This document shows positions 15,001 through 30,028 of a stretch of 64,000 nt of DNA, in pieces. Numbering within the stretch: position 1 is the first letter of the stretch; each line of letters begins with the position of its first letter. This DNA comes from the human T2T-CHM13v2.0 reference genome, Homo sapiens. The DNA lies in NCBI RefSeq assembly GCF_009914755.1, contig NC_060937.1; one strand, written 5' to 3'. A model generated the notes under the pieces. The model had not been told where the DNA came from. It worked only from the letters and a program-made list of their open reading frames with translations, and did no database searches. The position numbers and the translations under genes were made by a program.

Positions 15001-15824
15001 TGGAACACTGAATCCTGAGTTATGGGTGCCCCTCTATCACAGAATTCTCCCCTATCCAGCCTATACTCCTCCCTCTCAGGACTAACATTTTCAAGATCCA
15101 CCTCTGATGTGCTGCCTCATTTCCTCCGGGCACTTCTTACCCACATTCTCTAACTCCTTTATAGGGACCACTTCACCCTAAAGAAGGGCTCTACTTCCCC
15201 ATTCAGGCTGAGCTGAGACCTGAATCTGGTTATCGGCCTGAAGGCAATGAGGGTGGTGGACTTGAGCTTGAGGAGAACCAGCCAGTCGACTGCCTCGCCC
15301 TCACCTGAAGCTTCTCAAAGTATCCAGACAATGGGAAGCAAGAGGGCTTGTTTTCCTTTGGAAAGGGTGATGGAGCTGCTTCTGCCAATGAGGAGGATCC
15401 AGAGGAACTGGGACCCTTACGGTACCCTCCTGTGTCTCAAAGTGCCCATCTTTTCCTCTCAGGGTGCTAAATTTGTCAGAGGAACCTTGTTGAGATGGTG
15501 CGCATAATATGTCTTGCATTTCTGCCGCCCTTATAATTAAATCCAGAGCTGGATTTTCAGCACAGGCTTCATGGTAGCTGTGAGAAATGAGTCCTTTAAA
15601 GCTGCCTTAGGAACACTCTGGCTGACAAAGCATGGCTTAAATGTGTCTGTGATTCTCTTTTTATAAAGCTACTAATTCCATCAAAAGAAGATACCTCATG
15701 CCACAATCCTTATAAATTTTGTTCCTCTCATAACAACCAGATGCATCAGTCACGCATCTACCAATGCCTTGTCTTATAACTACACTTCTCAATAAACCAC
15801 AAGTGAAAACTTCAGTAATTTTTA

Positions 15825-16644
<820 letters not shown>

Positions 16645-17833
16645 GGATGCTGCTGTATGCCAGAATTGTCAGCATTTCATTTTCCACAAGCAATGAAGTT
16701 CCTAATGCTTTTAGACAGATAGGCAACTCAACCCAAAATCCAGTCTTGAGGGTCTGCGTTCTAGACCCACTCCTCTACCTGCGTTTCCTAGAAAACAAAA
16801 CCTGTGGCAGTTACCCATGTACTGAGGCTTTATAAAAAAGGACAATCCCAGGACAGCAAGAGTGTGGAAGGAAGTAGATCAAGTTAGCAAATATAAGGTC
16901 CACCTCATTTATCCACTTATCTAGCCACAGCTTATAAGACAACACAGCCAGTTGCTTGGCCATGTGGCCCATCTTCCAGACAGATCATGGAAAACCATTT
17001 CCCCTCAGAAGAGTCCAGCAGGGGAAGAAAGGGAAATGAATGGAACCTTTGAGCACATCTCCTGCCTTCATTAGTCAGAATGTTCCCTCCACACTTTCAA
17101 AGTCTTCACCCAGTAGGGCAACCCACTAGGGAACCCAGGTCCCGCTGCCTGTAGCGCAGAAGTGGAGTAATGGGCCAAGACTCCCCCGATCCTTAGGTGA
17201 TGGCTGGGTGCAAGGTTGATGCAGCTCCTGCCAAGACATGCACCACGGACACCATGGAGAGCCCAACCATCGCCAAGTGGGCGGGGGAGGACTGAGACCC
17301 AGAGGGAGAAGATGAGGGGCCTTCCATTGAGCGAGCTGCTCAGGACCTGGGGGACAGGGCGAGCAATGAGAATCTATGGAGGCACATGAACAAGGTCTCA
17401 TACAGCAGCTTAGAAAATTCCATAATGCAAGACCTCTAAAATTAGAAACCTAAGACAAATAGCAGAGGCAAAAATTTCCACTTTTAAAAGTTTTGTAATC
17501 ACAAAATTTCATCAGCACACACACATACACACACGCACACAATCACCTAATTCATAATAACTACATGTTGATATACAAATTTTTGAGTTGGCCAGTCGTA
17601 TTCAATAGACTTTTTGGACTGCCTTGGAAAAGTTCCACTTTTCTGAGTCTAACGTTTCTATACTAGATTAGCACTTCTTTTGTTGGTCAATGGGGAAATG
17701 GGACAAGACCAGACAATCTTACCTAGGTCTTATTGGAAGGGCTGGACCTACTATCCTTTGGTACCCTTTGATTCCAGGATGTCTTCTTGGCAGCCAATCA
17801 TGCCACTGTCTTAGGTCAGCTCTGGTGTAACTT

Positions 17834-18117
17834 CTTTTTTTTTTTTCTCCCCAGACAGTGTCTCGTTCTGTCACTTAGGCTGGAGTGCGACAGAGCAGTC
17901 ATGGTTCTTCCTGGGCTCAAACAATCCTCCCACCTCAGCCTCCTGAGTATCTGGGAACACAGGTGCACACCACCATGCCCAGCTAATTTTTTAAATTTTT
18001 TGTAGAGACATGGTCTTGTCATATTGCCCAGGCTAGTCTGAAACTCCTAGGCTCAAGCGAGTCTCCTGCCTTGCTCCCAAAGCCCTGGGATTACAGGCAT
18101 AAGCCACCCTGCCAGCC
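17834..18117 (-). mobile_element. AluJ
   Basis: GGGCTCAAACAATCCTCCCACCTCAGCC, diverged. Confidence 0.9.
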
Positions 18118-18127
18118 CTGATGTAGC

Positions 18128-18423
18128 TTTTTTTTTTTTTTTGAAACAGGGTCTAACTCTCACCCAGGCTGGAGTGCAGTGGACAGTAATGCCTCACTGC
18201 AGCCTCAACCTCCCAGGCCCAGGTGATCCTCCCACTTCAGCTTCTCGAGTATCTGGGACTACATGTGTGCACCACCACGTCCAGCTAATTTTTTGTATTT
18301 TTCTGTAGAAACAAGGTCTTGCTCTATTATCCAGGCTGGTCTCAAACCCATGGGCTCAAGTGATCCACATACTTCAGGATCCCAAAGTGCTGAGATTACA
18401 GGCATGAGCCACCGCGCAGGGCC
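18128..18423 (-). mobile_element. AluJ
   Basis: CTCACTGCAGCCTCAACCTCCCAGG; in tandem with the previous Alu. Confidence 0.9.
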
Positions 18424-18445
18424 TGGTGTAGTTTCTTTCATGGAG

Positions 18446-18890
18446 CAATGTTCCTCAGCAAATGTCTGTTGATATTCTTCTTCAATGCTTTCTACCTGCC
18501 TGGTTTCTTATACATATACCCCTTTCCTTATTGGCTTTTTAACTCTACACTATTTTTGTATCACAGTTATAGCTATTATAGTTGACCTAGTATTCACAGT
18601 TATTAAAATCAAAATTAGTTACAATTAAATTCATAGCACACCACCATAGGATTTTTTTCTCACTGGGCATGAATTTCAAAAAAAAGAAGCCCAGGGTAGA
18701 CCAAAGAAATAACTTGCTGATTCAGAGGCTTCCAAACGCTGTAGTGGGCTGGGGAACGTTATAGATCACACTTCCTGTAAATATCCAAACTGCTTAGAAA
18801 TAGACTGTTCCCTACACAGTACAGTATGAGAGTCACTGCAGTTTCTCTAAATTAAAAAAAAAAATCAATGGATTAGCTGACCATATGTCC
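18446..18890 (+). repeat. Left arm of a long inverted repeat
   Basis: Reverse complement aligns to 19794-20239 with about 26 differences (manual count). Confidence 0.97.
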
Positions 18891-19382
18891 TTATACATTT
18901 AGTATACTGGAGACTTAACTTATGGTCTCTTTGTGCTTTAAGTTTAAATCCATAAAGCAGTACAGCAGCAGTTTTCTTCATGAACAGCTTTTTATCAGCT
19001 GTCTGGGCAGTGTCCAGGTAATGAAGCCCAGGGACCTCAGAGAGCTGGCCCTGTGAAATTAATTCCATGGCTAGGGGAACATTCATTAAAATAATGGGTG
19101 ACCACCGAAGTGTGTTTTTATAAGAGCTACAGTTGTAGTTGTTGTGAAATGTACTCAAGTATTCAAAGTAGTTTCAGTACTTGGCATTTTAAATAAAATA
19201 CAGTTAGTGGATTGAAATGGTAATAGCCTGTCAGGATTCTTAAAATAAACGGGGCCTGGTAGGATAAATTACTTTATATGGAAATTACCTCCGAGTCTAC
19301 TCTGATACATTACTGTTTTTGAACGTGTTGAGCAAGATTTAATAAAGCTAACTCCAGTAGAGTCTGATAGCCTATGTTTTCT

Positions 19383-19568
19383 TAGTGGTTCTTAAGGTTT
19401 AGTCAGCTTAAGAATCACCTGACTACTTGTTAAGTATGCCTATCTTAGTTCCTATCCCCAGAGACTTCTGAATCAATAGATCTGAGGTGGGACCCAGAAA
19501 TCTACATTTTAAGGAGCATTTCCTCTCTTTAGTTGATTCTGACACAGGTAGTTTACAAAGCACTCTCT
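19383..19568. mobile_element. MER5A/B hAT MITE
   Basis: AGTGGTTCTTAA...AGAATCACCTG...CCCCAGAGACTTCTGA...GTGGGACCCAGAAATCTACATTTT. Confidence 0.75.
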
Positions 19569-19793
19569 TAAGATAACCAGTGTGGGAGTCTATGGCTCGA
19601 TCCACTATCCCAAAACCTCAGTGGGCGCACCAGCCAGGGATACCATGGAGAAGTTGGTAAGTCATAAGTACTGTGTGCAAGGACGGCTCCTACAGCACTC
19701 TTCAGATCCTCCCAGGCCTCACTTGTCACCAGTAACTTCAAACTAGCAGCTAGTAGCCTGTTCTCCATGAACTGTGACCAGATTGTGGGTCTG

Positions 19794-20239
19794 GGACATA
19801 TGGTCAGCTAATCCATTGATTTTTTTTTTTAATTTAGAGAACTTGCAGTGACTCTCATACTGTACTGTGTAGGGAACAGTCTATTTCTAAGCAGTTTGGA
19901 TATTTACAGGAAGTGTGATCTATAACGTTCCCCAGCCCGGTACCGGCGTTTGGAAGCCTCTGAATCAGCAAGTTATTTCTTTGACCTTACCCTGAGCTTC
20001 TTTTTTTGGAAATTCACACCCAGTGAGAAAAAAATCCTAGGGTGGTGTGCTATGAGATTAATTGTAACTAATTTTGATTTTAATAACTATAAATACTAGG
20101 TCAACTGTAATAGCCATAACTGTGATACAAAAATAGTTTAGAGTTAAAAAGCCAATAAGGAAAGGGATATATGTATAAGAAACCAGGCAGGTAGAAAGCA
20201 TTGAAAGAGAATATCAACAGACATTTGCTGAAGACATTG
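19794..20239 (-). repeat. Right arm of a long inverted repeat
   Basis: Reverse complement of 18446-18890. Confidence 0.97.
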
Positions 20240-20692
20240 TGACCAGGGATCACAATCCATCAGGATTTCATCTCATGCCTGTGCCTCCCATTCTCACTTC
20301 CTGCCCTATGGTTGCACTGTTGGCATAGAGGCATGAGACATCGTGGGTCTCAGCGGCACCCATATACATGCAACCTGGACGTCCTTGGGGAATTAATGTC
20401 CCATGATGAAAATCTTGGATCCAGGGAAATGGAGACAGCAGATGACTTTTTAATAATTCTCCCTCAGTGGACGATCAAAAGAGGCAGTCCTTTCTATGAC
20501 CTCCTGAAACATGGTTCCACTGAGATCAAGCGATGATCACAGTGGATACCTCAAATGGCTCTCTATCCCTGTCATTCCCTGTCTCTTCCTCTTGTTCCTC
20601 ATGTGCTCTGGGGAATTGCACTCCTTGATAGCATAAGAGCACATAATCTTTGCCTCAGGCTCTGCTTTCTGGGGAACCCAAGCTAAGATACA
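20238..20692 (+). mobile_element. Old ERVL-type LTR (LTR16/LTR33-like)
   Basis: Ends CTCAGGCTCTGCTTTCTGGGGAACCCAAGCTAAGA. Confidence 0.55.
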
Positions 20693-22129
20693 TTCTAGAA
20701 TTTAGTTATTTAACTGTAGTGCAGCAAATAATTATAAATTCACAAGCTCCTCTGACTAGACCCATTCTTGCTTCACTGCACATGGCTGAGACCTCTGAAC
20801 TTTGGACAGAACATTTCCACAAGGGACAAAGAAGATATTGAGAAGCCACATCCACCAATACCAGCATGTAGCCTTCATCTTTTGTGTATCTTTGCACTGC
20901 TAGCTAGCTAAAGAACCTTCGCCAAGTCTAATCTAAGTTGTCACTCTCACCATTCCCCAGACCTGGACTGACCAAGCTTTATAGTCTAGCACGGCTCAAC
21001 TGGGTTACATCAACTTCAACTAGATTAAAAGATTTGTCTGTTCAGCTAGAATGTGATTTGAGTTAGAGATCCAGAACTATTATTCCAACAAAACTTAGTT
21101 CCATTTCTCAGCTGTATCCTTTTTATGACCTAGATTAGGACATCACTCCCACCACATTCTGTTAGTTAGAAGTGAGTCACCAAGTACAGCTTATGTTCAC
21201 ACTCACATGAACGGAAATTAGACTTCACCTTTTGTACGTAGGATTATCAAGGAACAGAAAGCCACCATCTGGCTTCGTGCTGGACAGGCTTACCAACATA
21301 TTCACATGTCAGAAGCCCTAGTTAAACTGCCACTTCTCGAGGACAGAATTGTGACCACTTTTCAGTACAAAGCTGTACATACAGTAGACCCCAAATATTT
21401 GCTAAATAAATAATCAAAAAAGAAAAGGACTTGATCTTCATGGTCCCCTGCACTTCCATTATTTCAATCATCACTAGAACTAGGCATTTATTCACATCAT
21501 AGCTATCAGTTCATATGCTTCATATCTTAACTGACATGCCAGGTAGAAAATTGAAGCAGTTAGCTAAATAACTCAGGCTAAAAGTATTTTCACTTCAATT
21601 ACATGCAAAGATGATGCAGGAATTTTTGCCCATAGTGAGATTTTTCTTTTCCCACCAGAGGCAGCATACTTTCTCCTAAAGATTTTTCCTCCTTCAAGTC
21701 AACCTCAAATTTCTTCCAGATGGTTCTGAGAAATTCATAGCAGCAATTTGTCACCATTCCTTTTATTGAAGGTGTAACACACTGCTGCAGTTTTAACTAG
21801 TCCCAGATCAGCAGTAACATATCAAGCACTAATGCCTTCGTTAGCTTCTTATAGGCTGTTGCTTCTGGAATTTCCAGGGACTGAGAACTACAGTGTCTCA
21901 ACCAAAGAATCAGCAACCCCTTTAGAATCCGCAAGGAGATGTGTGGTGTGTGCATCAAGTATAAGAGGCCAAATGTATATGCTTTAAATCTATAGTACCC
22001 GAGGCCAAAAGCAGTTTTTAAAAATTATTCCATAGCTTTTTCAAGTACATTTATGATTTCATTGTTTGAGTTTAAATATTTTTAAAGTATTATACGAAAT
22101 GCAGAAGCAGAAAGGATATTGTTGATATA

Positions 22130-23030
22130 TTTAAACAAATGAAAGTATAACATTTCTACAAGGCAAAAATCCTCCATAATTAAAATCAAAAGACAAATAA
22201 CAAATAAGAAAAAAATCTACAACTCATTTAAGTGACTAAACATTGCTTTTCTTAATATATGAAGAGCTTCTATAATTTAATAAAAAACAACAAGCCAATG
22301 AAAAAGTGGACAAAAGATATGAACTGATAGCTTAAGGTCAAGGAAGTGGAAGTGGCTCAAACATAAAAACAGATGCCCAACCTTATACCTAATAAGAGAA
22401 TGCAAGTTGAAAGAACACTAGGGCATCATTTTTACCTATTAAATTTGAAAATACGAAAAAAAGTTTGATAACATTCTGTTAGGGAAGGCGTAGGAAACAG
22501 GCACTCTTATATAGCTTGATGGTGGGAGTAAAAACTCCATGGAGACCAATGTGCTCACACTGATCTCTATTACAAATGTATGTGCCTTTTGGCCTCCATG
22601 AACCACTTCTAGGACTATGTCCTAGAGTTACTCCCATGCGAGTATAAAATGACAGATATATGAGCCTTCATTACAGCATGGTATAGAATATTAAAACCAC
22701 TTAAATGTCTACCAAGAGCAGATGGGTTAAACAAAATAGTGCAAATGTGTGCAATGCAACACAGCTACTAAAAAACTAAGTACATCTTTATATACCAATA
22801 TGGAGTAAGTTCCAAAACATATTGTTAAGAAAAAATTAAAAATAAAGTGCAGAACAATTTACATAGTATGTTATGTTTCTACCTTAAGAATATATATCAA
22901 AGCTATATTGAAACAGGGTTGCTGGGAGACAGAGATGGAAAGGAGATCTATTTTTTCATTTTGTTGCACTTAAACCTTTTATATTTTATATTATGAGAAT
23001 GAATTACTAATTTAATTAATAAATAAAAAT
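22130..23030 (+). mobile_element. Old L1M (L1ME/MC-like) 3' portion
   Basis: AAAAAGTGGACAAAAGATATGAAC; GGAAACAGGCACTCTTATA and other degenerate ORF2/3'UTR motifs. Confidence 0.75.
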
Positions 23031-25071
23031 TTTTAAATCATGCACTGCCAGAATGTGGTTCTATAATGGGACAAAGCATAGACTTTTCAATTGACCCACC
23101 CCCCAATACAGCAAAAGCAGTGCTAAGAGGAAAGTTTATAGCATTACATGCCTACATCAGAAAAGTAGAAAGATTACAAATTAACAATCTAGCAACCCAC
23201 CTCAAATAACTAAAAAAGCAAGAACAAACCAAACCCAAAATTAGCAGAAAAAAAAAAGAAATAACAAAGATCAGAGCAGAACTAAATTAAATAGGACCAA
23301 AAAACAATACAAAGGATTAATGAAACAAAAACTTGGTTCTTCTAAAAGATAAAGAAAACTCATAAACCACTAGCTAGAAGAGAGAAGACCCAAATAAACA
23401 AAATCAGAAATGAAAAAGAAAACACTACAGCTGATACCAGAAATACAAAAGATTATTAGAGACTATCATGAAGCATTGTACACTCACAAACATGAAACCT
23501 GGAGGAAATGGATAAATTCCTGGAAACATAAATCCTCCCAAGATTGAGCCAAGAAGAAATAGAAAACCTGAACAGACAAATAACAAGCTGAGATTGAATC
23601 ACTAATAAAAAAATCTACCAACAACAATAAAAAGCCCAGGACCAGATGAAGTCACAGCTGAATTCTACCAAACATACACAGAAGAACTAATACCAATCCT
23701 CCTAAAACTGTTCTAAAACATTGAGGAGAATGGAATTCTCCCTAACTCATTCTATGAGACCAGTATCAGCAAAACAAGACAAAGGCACAACAAAAAAAGA
23801 AAGACACACCAATATCCCTGATGAACATAGACACAAAAATCATCATCAAAATGCTAGCAAACAAAATCCAACAGGACATTAAAAAGGTAACACACTATGA
23901 TCAAATGGGCTTTATACCAGGGACATAAGGATGGTTTGACATATGCAAATCAATAAATGGGATTCATCACATAAACAGAATGAAGCACAAAAGCCATATA
24001 GTCATCTCAATAGACACAGAAAAAGCATGTGATAGAATTTAGCATTCCTTCATGATAAAAACCCCCAAAAAACTAGGCACAAAAGGAACATACCTCAAAA
24101 TACTAAAAGCCATATATGAAAATCCACAGTCAACATCATACTGAATAGGGAAAAGTTGAAAGCCTTTCTCCTCTAAGAACCGGAACAAGATAAGTATACC
24201 CACTTTCACCACTGTTCTGGCTAGGACTTCCAGTACATGCAACATAGTGCTGGAAGTCCTAGCCAGAGCAATCAGGCAAGAGAAAGAAAGAAAGGGCATC
24301 CAAATTAAAAAACAAGTCATATTACCCTGTTTGCTAACAATACAATCTTACATCTAGAAAAACCTAAAGACTCCACCAAACAACTCTTAGATTTGATATA
24401 TGAATTTAGCGAAGTTGCAGGTTACAAAATCAACATACAAAAATCAGAAATGCTTCTTATTTTTGTATGTGGATTTTGTATCCTGCAACTTTACTAAATA
24501 ATAATGGTCCAATAATGATCCATTAATGCCTCAATAATGACCTAGCTAAAAAGGAAATCAAGAAAGCAATTCCCTTTATAATAGCTGCAAAAAATAAAAT
24601 ACCTAGGAATAAATTTAACCAGGGAGGTAAAAGATCTGTACAAGGAGCAAAACACTGATGAAAGAAATTGTAAATGACATAAACAAATGGGAAAATATCC
24701 AATGCTTGTGGACTAATATTGTTAAAATGACCATACTGACCAAAGCAATATATGAATTCAATGCAACCCCTATCAAAATACCAATATCGTTTTTCACATA
24801 ATCAGAAAAAACAATCCTACAATTCAAATGGACCCCAAAAAGTATCTGATAGCCAAATCAATCCTAAGCAAAAAGAACAAAGCTATAGTCACACTGCCTG
24901 ACTTCAAATTATATGACAAGGATTTAGTAGCCAAAACAGCATGGTACTGGTATAAAATACATAGACCAATGGAACAGAATAGAGAACCCAAAAATAAAAC
25001 CATATATTTACAGCCAACTGATCTTTGACAAAGCTGAAAAGAATATACATTGGAGAAATGACACTGTTTTC

Positions 25072-25268
25072 CTTTTTTTTATTATTATACTTTAAGTTCT
25101 GGGGTAAGTGTGCAGAATATGCAGGTTTGTTACATACGTATACACGTGCCATGGTGGTTTGCTGCACCCATCAACCCGTCATCTACCTTAGGTATTTCTC
25201 CTAATGCTATCCCTACCCTAGTCCCCCACCCCCCAACAGGCCCCAGTGTGTCATGTTCCCCTCCCTGT
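25072..25268 (-). mobile_element. L1PA 3' fragment (~200 bp) nested antisense
   Basis: L1PA 3' end; perfect 19-bp TSD GAGAAATGACACTGTTTTC (25053-25071, 25269-25287). Confidence 0.95.
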
Positions 25269-25759
25269 GAGAAATGACACTGTTTTCAATAAATGGTGCT
25301 GTGAAAATTGGATTGCCATATGCATAAGAATGAAACTAGACCCCATCTCTCACTATACATAACAATCAACTCAGGATGAAATGTAAGAGCCGAAACTATA
25401 AAATTACTAGAGGAAAATCTCGGGAAAACTCTTCTGAACATTGGCCAATGCAAAGAAGTTATGACTAAGACCTCAAAAGCACAGGCAACAAAAAATTAGA
25501 CAAATGAGATTTAATTAAGCTAATGCACTTCTGCACATAAAAAGAATCAGCGGAAGGACAGACAATTTGCAGAATGGAAAAATATTTGCAAACTATTTAT
25601 CCAACAGGGAACTAATATTCATAATCTACAAGGAACTCAAACAACCCAACAACAACTAAAAAAACGCCATTAAAACTTGGGCAAATGACATGAATAGACA
25701 TTTTTTAAAAGAAGACACACAAATGGCCAAGAGGTATATTTTTTAAAATGTTCAACCTC

Positions 25760-26069
25760 AGCCGGGCGCGGTGGCTGGCGTCTGTAATCCCAGCACTTTG
25801 GGAGGCTGAGGCGGGCGGATCACGACGTCAGGAGATCAAGACCATCCTGGCTAACATGATGAAACACCGTCTGTACTAAAAATACAAAAAAATTAGCCGG
25901 GCGTGGTGGCGGGCGCCTGTAGTCCCAGCTATTCCGGAGGATGAGGCAGGAGAATGGCATGAACCCACCCGGGAGGCGGAGCTTGCAGTGAGCCGAGATC
26001 ACCACTGCACTCCAGCCTGGGTGACAGAGCGAGACTCCGTCTCGGAAAAAAAAAAAAAAAAAAAAAAAA
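25760..26069 (+). mobile_element. AluY
   Basis: GAGATCAAGACCATCCTGGCTAAC; long poly(A); TSD core TCAACCTC. Confidence 0.94.
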
Positions 26070-26267
26070 GCTCAACCTCTCTATTCATCAGAGAAATGGA
26101 AATTAAAACCACAACAAGATATCATTTTACCCCAGTCAGAATGGCTATTATTTAAAAGACAAAAAATAACAGATGTTGGAGAGGATGTGGAGAAAAGGAA
26201 ATGCTTATACACTGTTAGTGGGAACGTAAACTGTGGAAACTATGGAAAACAGTATCGACATTTCTCA

Positions 26268-26585
<318 letters not shown>

Positions 26586-26729
26586 GGAAATAAAAACAGA
26601 ATTACCATTTTATCCAGCAAACCCTCTACTGGATATCTACCCAAAGGAAAAGAAGTCAATATATCAAAAACAGTACTTGTATGTTTATCACAGCACTGTT
26701 TACAATAGCAAAGATATAGAATTAACCTA

Positions 26730-27110
<381 letters not shown>

Positions 27111-28894
27111 AAGAATAAAATCATATCCTTTGTGACGACATGAATAGATCTTGAGATTATTATTTTAAGTGAAACAACCCAGACACAGACAAATATTGCA
27201 TGTTCTCGCTCATAAGTGGGTACTAAAATATGTATACACGTGGGCATAGAGAGTGGAATGATAGACAACGGAGACTCAGAAAGGTGAGAGGGCAGGAGGC
27301 AATGGAGGATAAGAAATTGGTTAATGGGTGCAATGTGCATTATTCAGGTGACAGATACTCCAAAAGCCCCGACTTAACCACTATGCAATCTATGCATGTA
27401 ACAAAATTGCAGTTGTACCCCACAAATTTATACAAATAAAATAAATAAATAAATAAATAAATAAATAACAAAAAAATTGGCCCACCCCCATATGTACCTG
27501 GCTAGACCCTGGGTCAGGCACTGGATGTCTTCATAGCCCCTTCCCCTTATTTTGCAGCTTGCTTCTGGTGATATCCTGGGGTCACTTACACTTACACTAC
27601 ACAGTACCATTGCATTTAATAGCTTCTACATTCAGAAGATGCTGCCTCTGACAGTGAGAGATACTAGGATCCAAAGAGAGTTTTTCTGGATAAAGGGGGC
27701 TTTTCTTTCTCCTAAGAACCGCTGCATGCAGCTAGATGGAATTGGTTTGTGGTGATAGGAATAGAGAGCTGAACCTTATGACTCTTTCTGATATATTTTT
27801 TTGAGTCAGGGTACCTGTTATTCATGCATTACAATTGGCTTTTTTGGCTTTGACCCTTCCTTCCCTCCCTCCCTCCCTCATTCCTTCCTTCTCTCCGTTT
27901 GCTCCTTCTTGTATAAATCCATCTGGAAGCAGGTCATAGTTGGAAGTTCTATTTGCCTGTGATTGCAAAATCACAGTCGCCTTTTGGCAACACGGGAATT
28001 ACCTGAGAAAAGATTCTGCAGCTTCAAACTTTAACTGCATTGCCACTTTTTTTTTTGCTAATTCCTTTTCTAAACAATAAAACTATGTTAATGATCACAA
28101 GAAAATCATCACATCAACTGAGTTAGAAATTAAGAGAGCAACTGGATGTCAATAAAATATTGACCACAGCTCTGAGAAAGCCAGTTTCATTTGGCGGGAG
28201 GTGTGATTCTCAGGGGAAGCATTTATTCTGTGTGTCAGATCCTGGGGGCCGGAGGTGCCATGGTGGGAGTTTACAGGTGGTGGTAGAGGAGAGGAGGCAT
28301 TGGCCAGATCTTAATTTTGAAGAGCACTCTTTTCCTTCAATGAGGAAGTTCACTTCTTATCTAGGGTAAATTTCTGCATTGAGGTCTTGTGGCCGAAGGT
28401 GATACTCCTGACTCTGATTGGGCATCTTGGGTCAAGACAGGCTATCTCCCATCTACAGATGGTGACTGTTCAATAGACTTCCTAAGAATTCATGACTTTC
28501 TGAGGCGCCTGGCTACATCCTAGTTTTGGCACTTACATAAGTCAGATTTTGCAAAACATGATGTAAACCTTTCTTATTTCATATGGTTGAAATACTATTT
28601 CCTTAACAATTTTAATAATTTCATGTGGGAATCTTGCCTATCGAATTAGATTAGAAATTGCAATCTCTCCTTTCTCCCTCTTTATTTACCTTCCTCTCCC
28701 TCCAGAAGTGGTTCTAAAGAAAAGTTCTGCTATAGTTGATAACTGACAAGCCAAAACAACTATCTGATTTTTGCATAAAGCTGAGAATTATACCAACACT
28801 CTTGCTTTCATAATTTGATTGAAACACAACATAGAAAAGGGGAAATAAACAAAATGGCCATAAAAATCAATTTGGCAATGAAAAGGCAACCTGA

Positions 28895-29253
<359 letters not shown>

Positions 29254-30028
29254 GAAAGTATTACATATTTAGAAATGCAAAATAAAAACTGAATTAGACC
29301 TTTTATCAAATGTGTTATTAATATATTGCTGAACCTTTCTAGAATTCTAGACCTATGAAGTTCAAGAATTGAAACTTTCAATACTATCTATATGTGTCCC
29401 TTCTGTCTTGAGCTTCATAAGGGCCCAGAGGGTGAAATGCAACCCCCATTGGACTTGGGGCACTGCCAGCTCATAGTTCTTTTTAGGGTTGTTTTTCTTT
29501 TTGTTTTTTATGTTTGAACGGCTAGCACACGCCCTAGTAGACCAATGGATCTTTTGTGCAATTTACTGCTCTGAGTATGCAATTATTAGGAAACAGTTAA
29601 TCATTTAAATTGAAGTTGAATGTTATTGATGGCATGATGTTGAGCTTTTAAAGTTTATATCAGCCATATCAAACTGAAACATGGTGAAAAAATTACCAAA
29701 CTGCTTCTTAACGTTTTTGCATTCAGCAACTATTTTTGAGTATGTGCTATGTTTTTAGCTATATTCTTGAAAGAATTAAGACTTGAATATCCACTTGAAG
29801 GATGGATTTGGTGAAAAATAACTTTGTATGGTTATCACTCCATTCCTCTAGGTGCAAGCCCCTTTGCTCTATGGTGGCTCACCTGTGAAAAGCTGTGCTT
29901 TTCTGAGTGAGAACCACTGGATTTTTTACAAAAGGAAACTAGGCAAGGCTTATACTTGGACGATGCTTGAGATCCTTTTGACTATTACCAGTGGACAATT
30001 CACGGAGCCTATGAGCAAGTGGATTTCT

